Positions 62,760-64,000 of a stretch of 64,000 bases of DNA are shown here, piece by piece. The translations under genes were made by a program, and so were the position numbers. A model generated the notes under the pieces. That model was given only the letters and a program-made list of their open reading frames with translations, ran no database searches and was not told the origin of the DNA. The stretch's first letter is position 1. Each line of letters begins with the position of its first letter. The stretch comes from Eledone cirrhosa (Eukaryota): positions 66,154,001-66,218,000 of the forward strand of contig OZ024744.1 of assembly GCA_964016885.1 (NCBI GenBank). Direction: 5' to 3'.

Positions 62760-64000
62760 GCAAATGTATATTAATTCACTTTCTCACCAATTGCTCAGGT
62801 TTGCTTCCTGCCAAACTCTCTTTGGGGTCTCAGGATACACAATATTTGTGCATCCATCCCACACAGCCTCAGATATTTCGCAGAGCCATCACCAGTTTTT
62901 GTGACATGAAATGGAGACTGCTGCAAGACGTAGCAGATACAAAGTCTAAAAAGAGAACAAGCCTTTCAATGGGTTCTCCAAGTTCGGATTTTCTGTGTGA
63001 AACATACTTATAAATTTAGTTCGTACAAACAGGTCCAGAAGCAATTTCACACATTATTTTTGAACAGACAAATCTTCCTTCAAAGACAATATACAAAACT
63101 GTGTATAAACGTTTGAGACATATGGGAAAGGGAGAACTTTAATACAATGTCTGAGGTCTGTCTTATCCATTCTGAAATACCCAGGAAGCATACTCATAAA
63201 GTTATTCACATGGTCTGAAAGTCTGTTGAATAGAGCCCAAAACCAATCCCTGGATCTCTCTACAAAATCCTGCAGAGAGGTTGTGAAAGAGGATTTTAGG
63301 AAATACCCCAACAGAATACAGATTAAACAAAAGCTAACTGGATTGATAAGACCAAGAGCAGACCAACATTCTTTATCCTTTCATCTAAACTCTCATTTAG
63401 TCTTGAAAAATATGGTTTAGTAAGTGGAAAAATTGTTATGCAATATGTGTGAGTGTGTGCAAATGTTCGATTGTTTATGAGTAAGTCAGGTCAATTGTTA
63501 ATATAATGTAAAGTGTGGAGGAAGAAATAAAAAAAGAAAGGTGCCATACATAGTGCTAGTATGGAAAAATTATGGTGGATGTAGTGCTTCTGTTAGTGAT
63601 GACAGGATAATGTGGGCTGTGGTTTTTGCATAGCGAAAGTAGGTAGCTCTTGAGAGCTCTAGGTAGCTCTTAAAGACCTCATTTTTTAAGTTCAGGTATT
63701 TGTTTGCGACATCAATCCCTGTGAGATCCCGAATTCGTCAGTGATGTAGACAGCACATTTCTTTGATCTGTTAATATATGGTATGGACGTTTCCAGAATA
63801 CTATTGTGTTGGGCATACCTTTGTCTTTTAATTGCCAGACTTGCTTTTCTAGGGCCATGGTGGTCATCATCCCAGGGTGTCTAAAGGTAACTGGTGCAAC
63901 CTTGACCTCATATAGTATGGACTTAATGTTACAGTTCTGTTACAGAGGGTGTTCTTCCTTTATTCAGCAAGAGCATCATAATTCTCCTTTGAGTTTGTTT
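62760..64000 (-). other. Complex sequence, possibly a heavily decayed retroelement
   Basis: Broken minus-strand reading frames, no splice-supported exon and no motif I can assign. Confidence 0.25.

Overview
AT-rich, microsatellite-saturated animal genomic DNA. The SINE/RTE repertoire looks like an octopus (coleoid cephalopod); this is an inference. The only host coding sequence I can support is one 233-nt minus-strand exon (10045-10277) encoding the conserved N-terminal 'DRCDIC..H..QLKQEA' segment of kinesin KIF26, so most of the window is probably KIF26 intron. The rest is a 5.4-kb G-free (CCA/ACA) satellite, dozens of tRNA-derived SINEs (CORE-type and Meta-domain-like), decayed LINEs (RTE, CRE, R4/Dong, CR1-group), Penelope GIY-YIG fragments, piggyBac and Tc1/mariner MITEs and non-autonomous Helitrons. 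The standout signal is about 20 type I hammerhead-ribozyme cores (stem I-CUGANGA-stem II-GAAA-short, often palindromic stem III-UH-stem I', often followed by AATAAA), from about 10 dissimilar short families. Most sit in (TA)n tracts and many are arranged as fold-back palindromes or terminally redundant, circularly permuted units. They look like Penelope pseudo-LTR-derived or retrozyme-like elements. One family shows compensatory stem II changes, and several fold-backs are centred on the ribozyme stem II. All alignments and pairings were done by eye; coordinates of decayed repeats are approximate.
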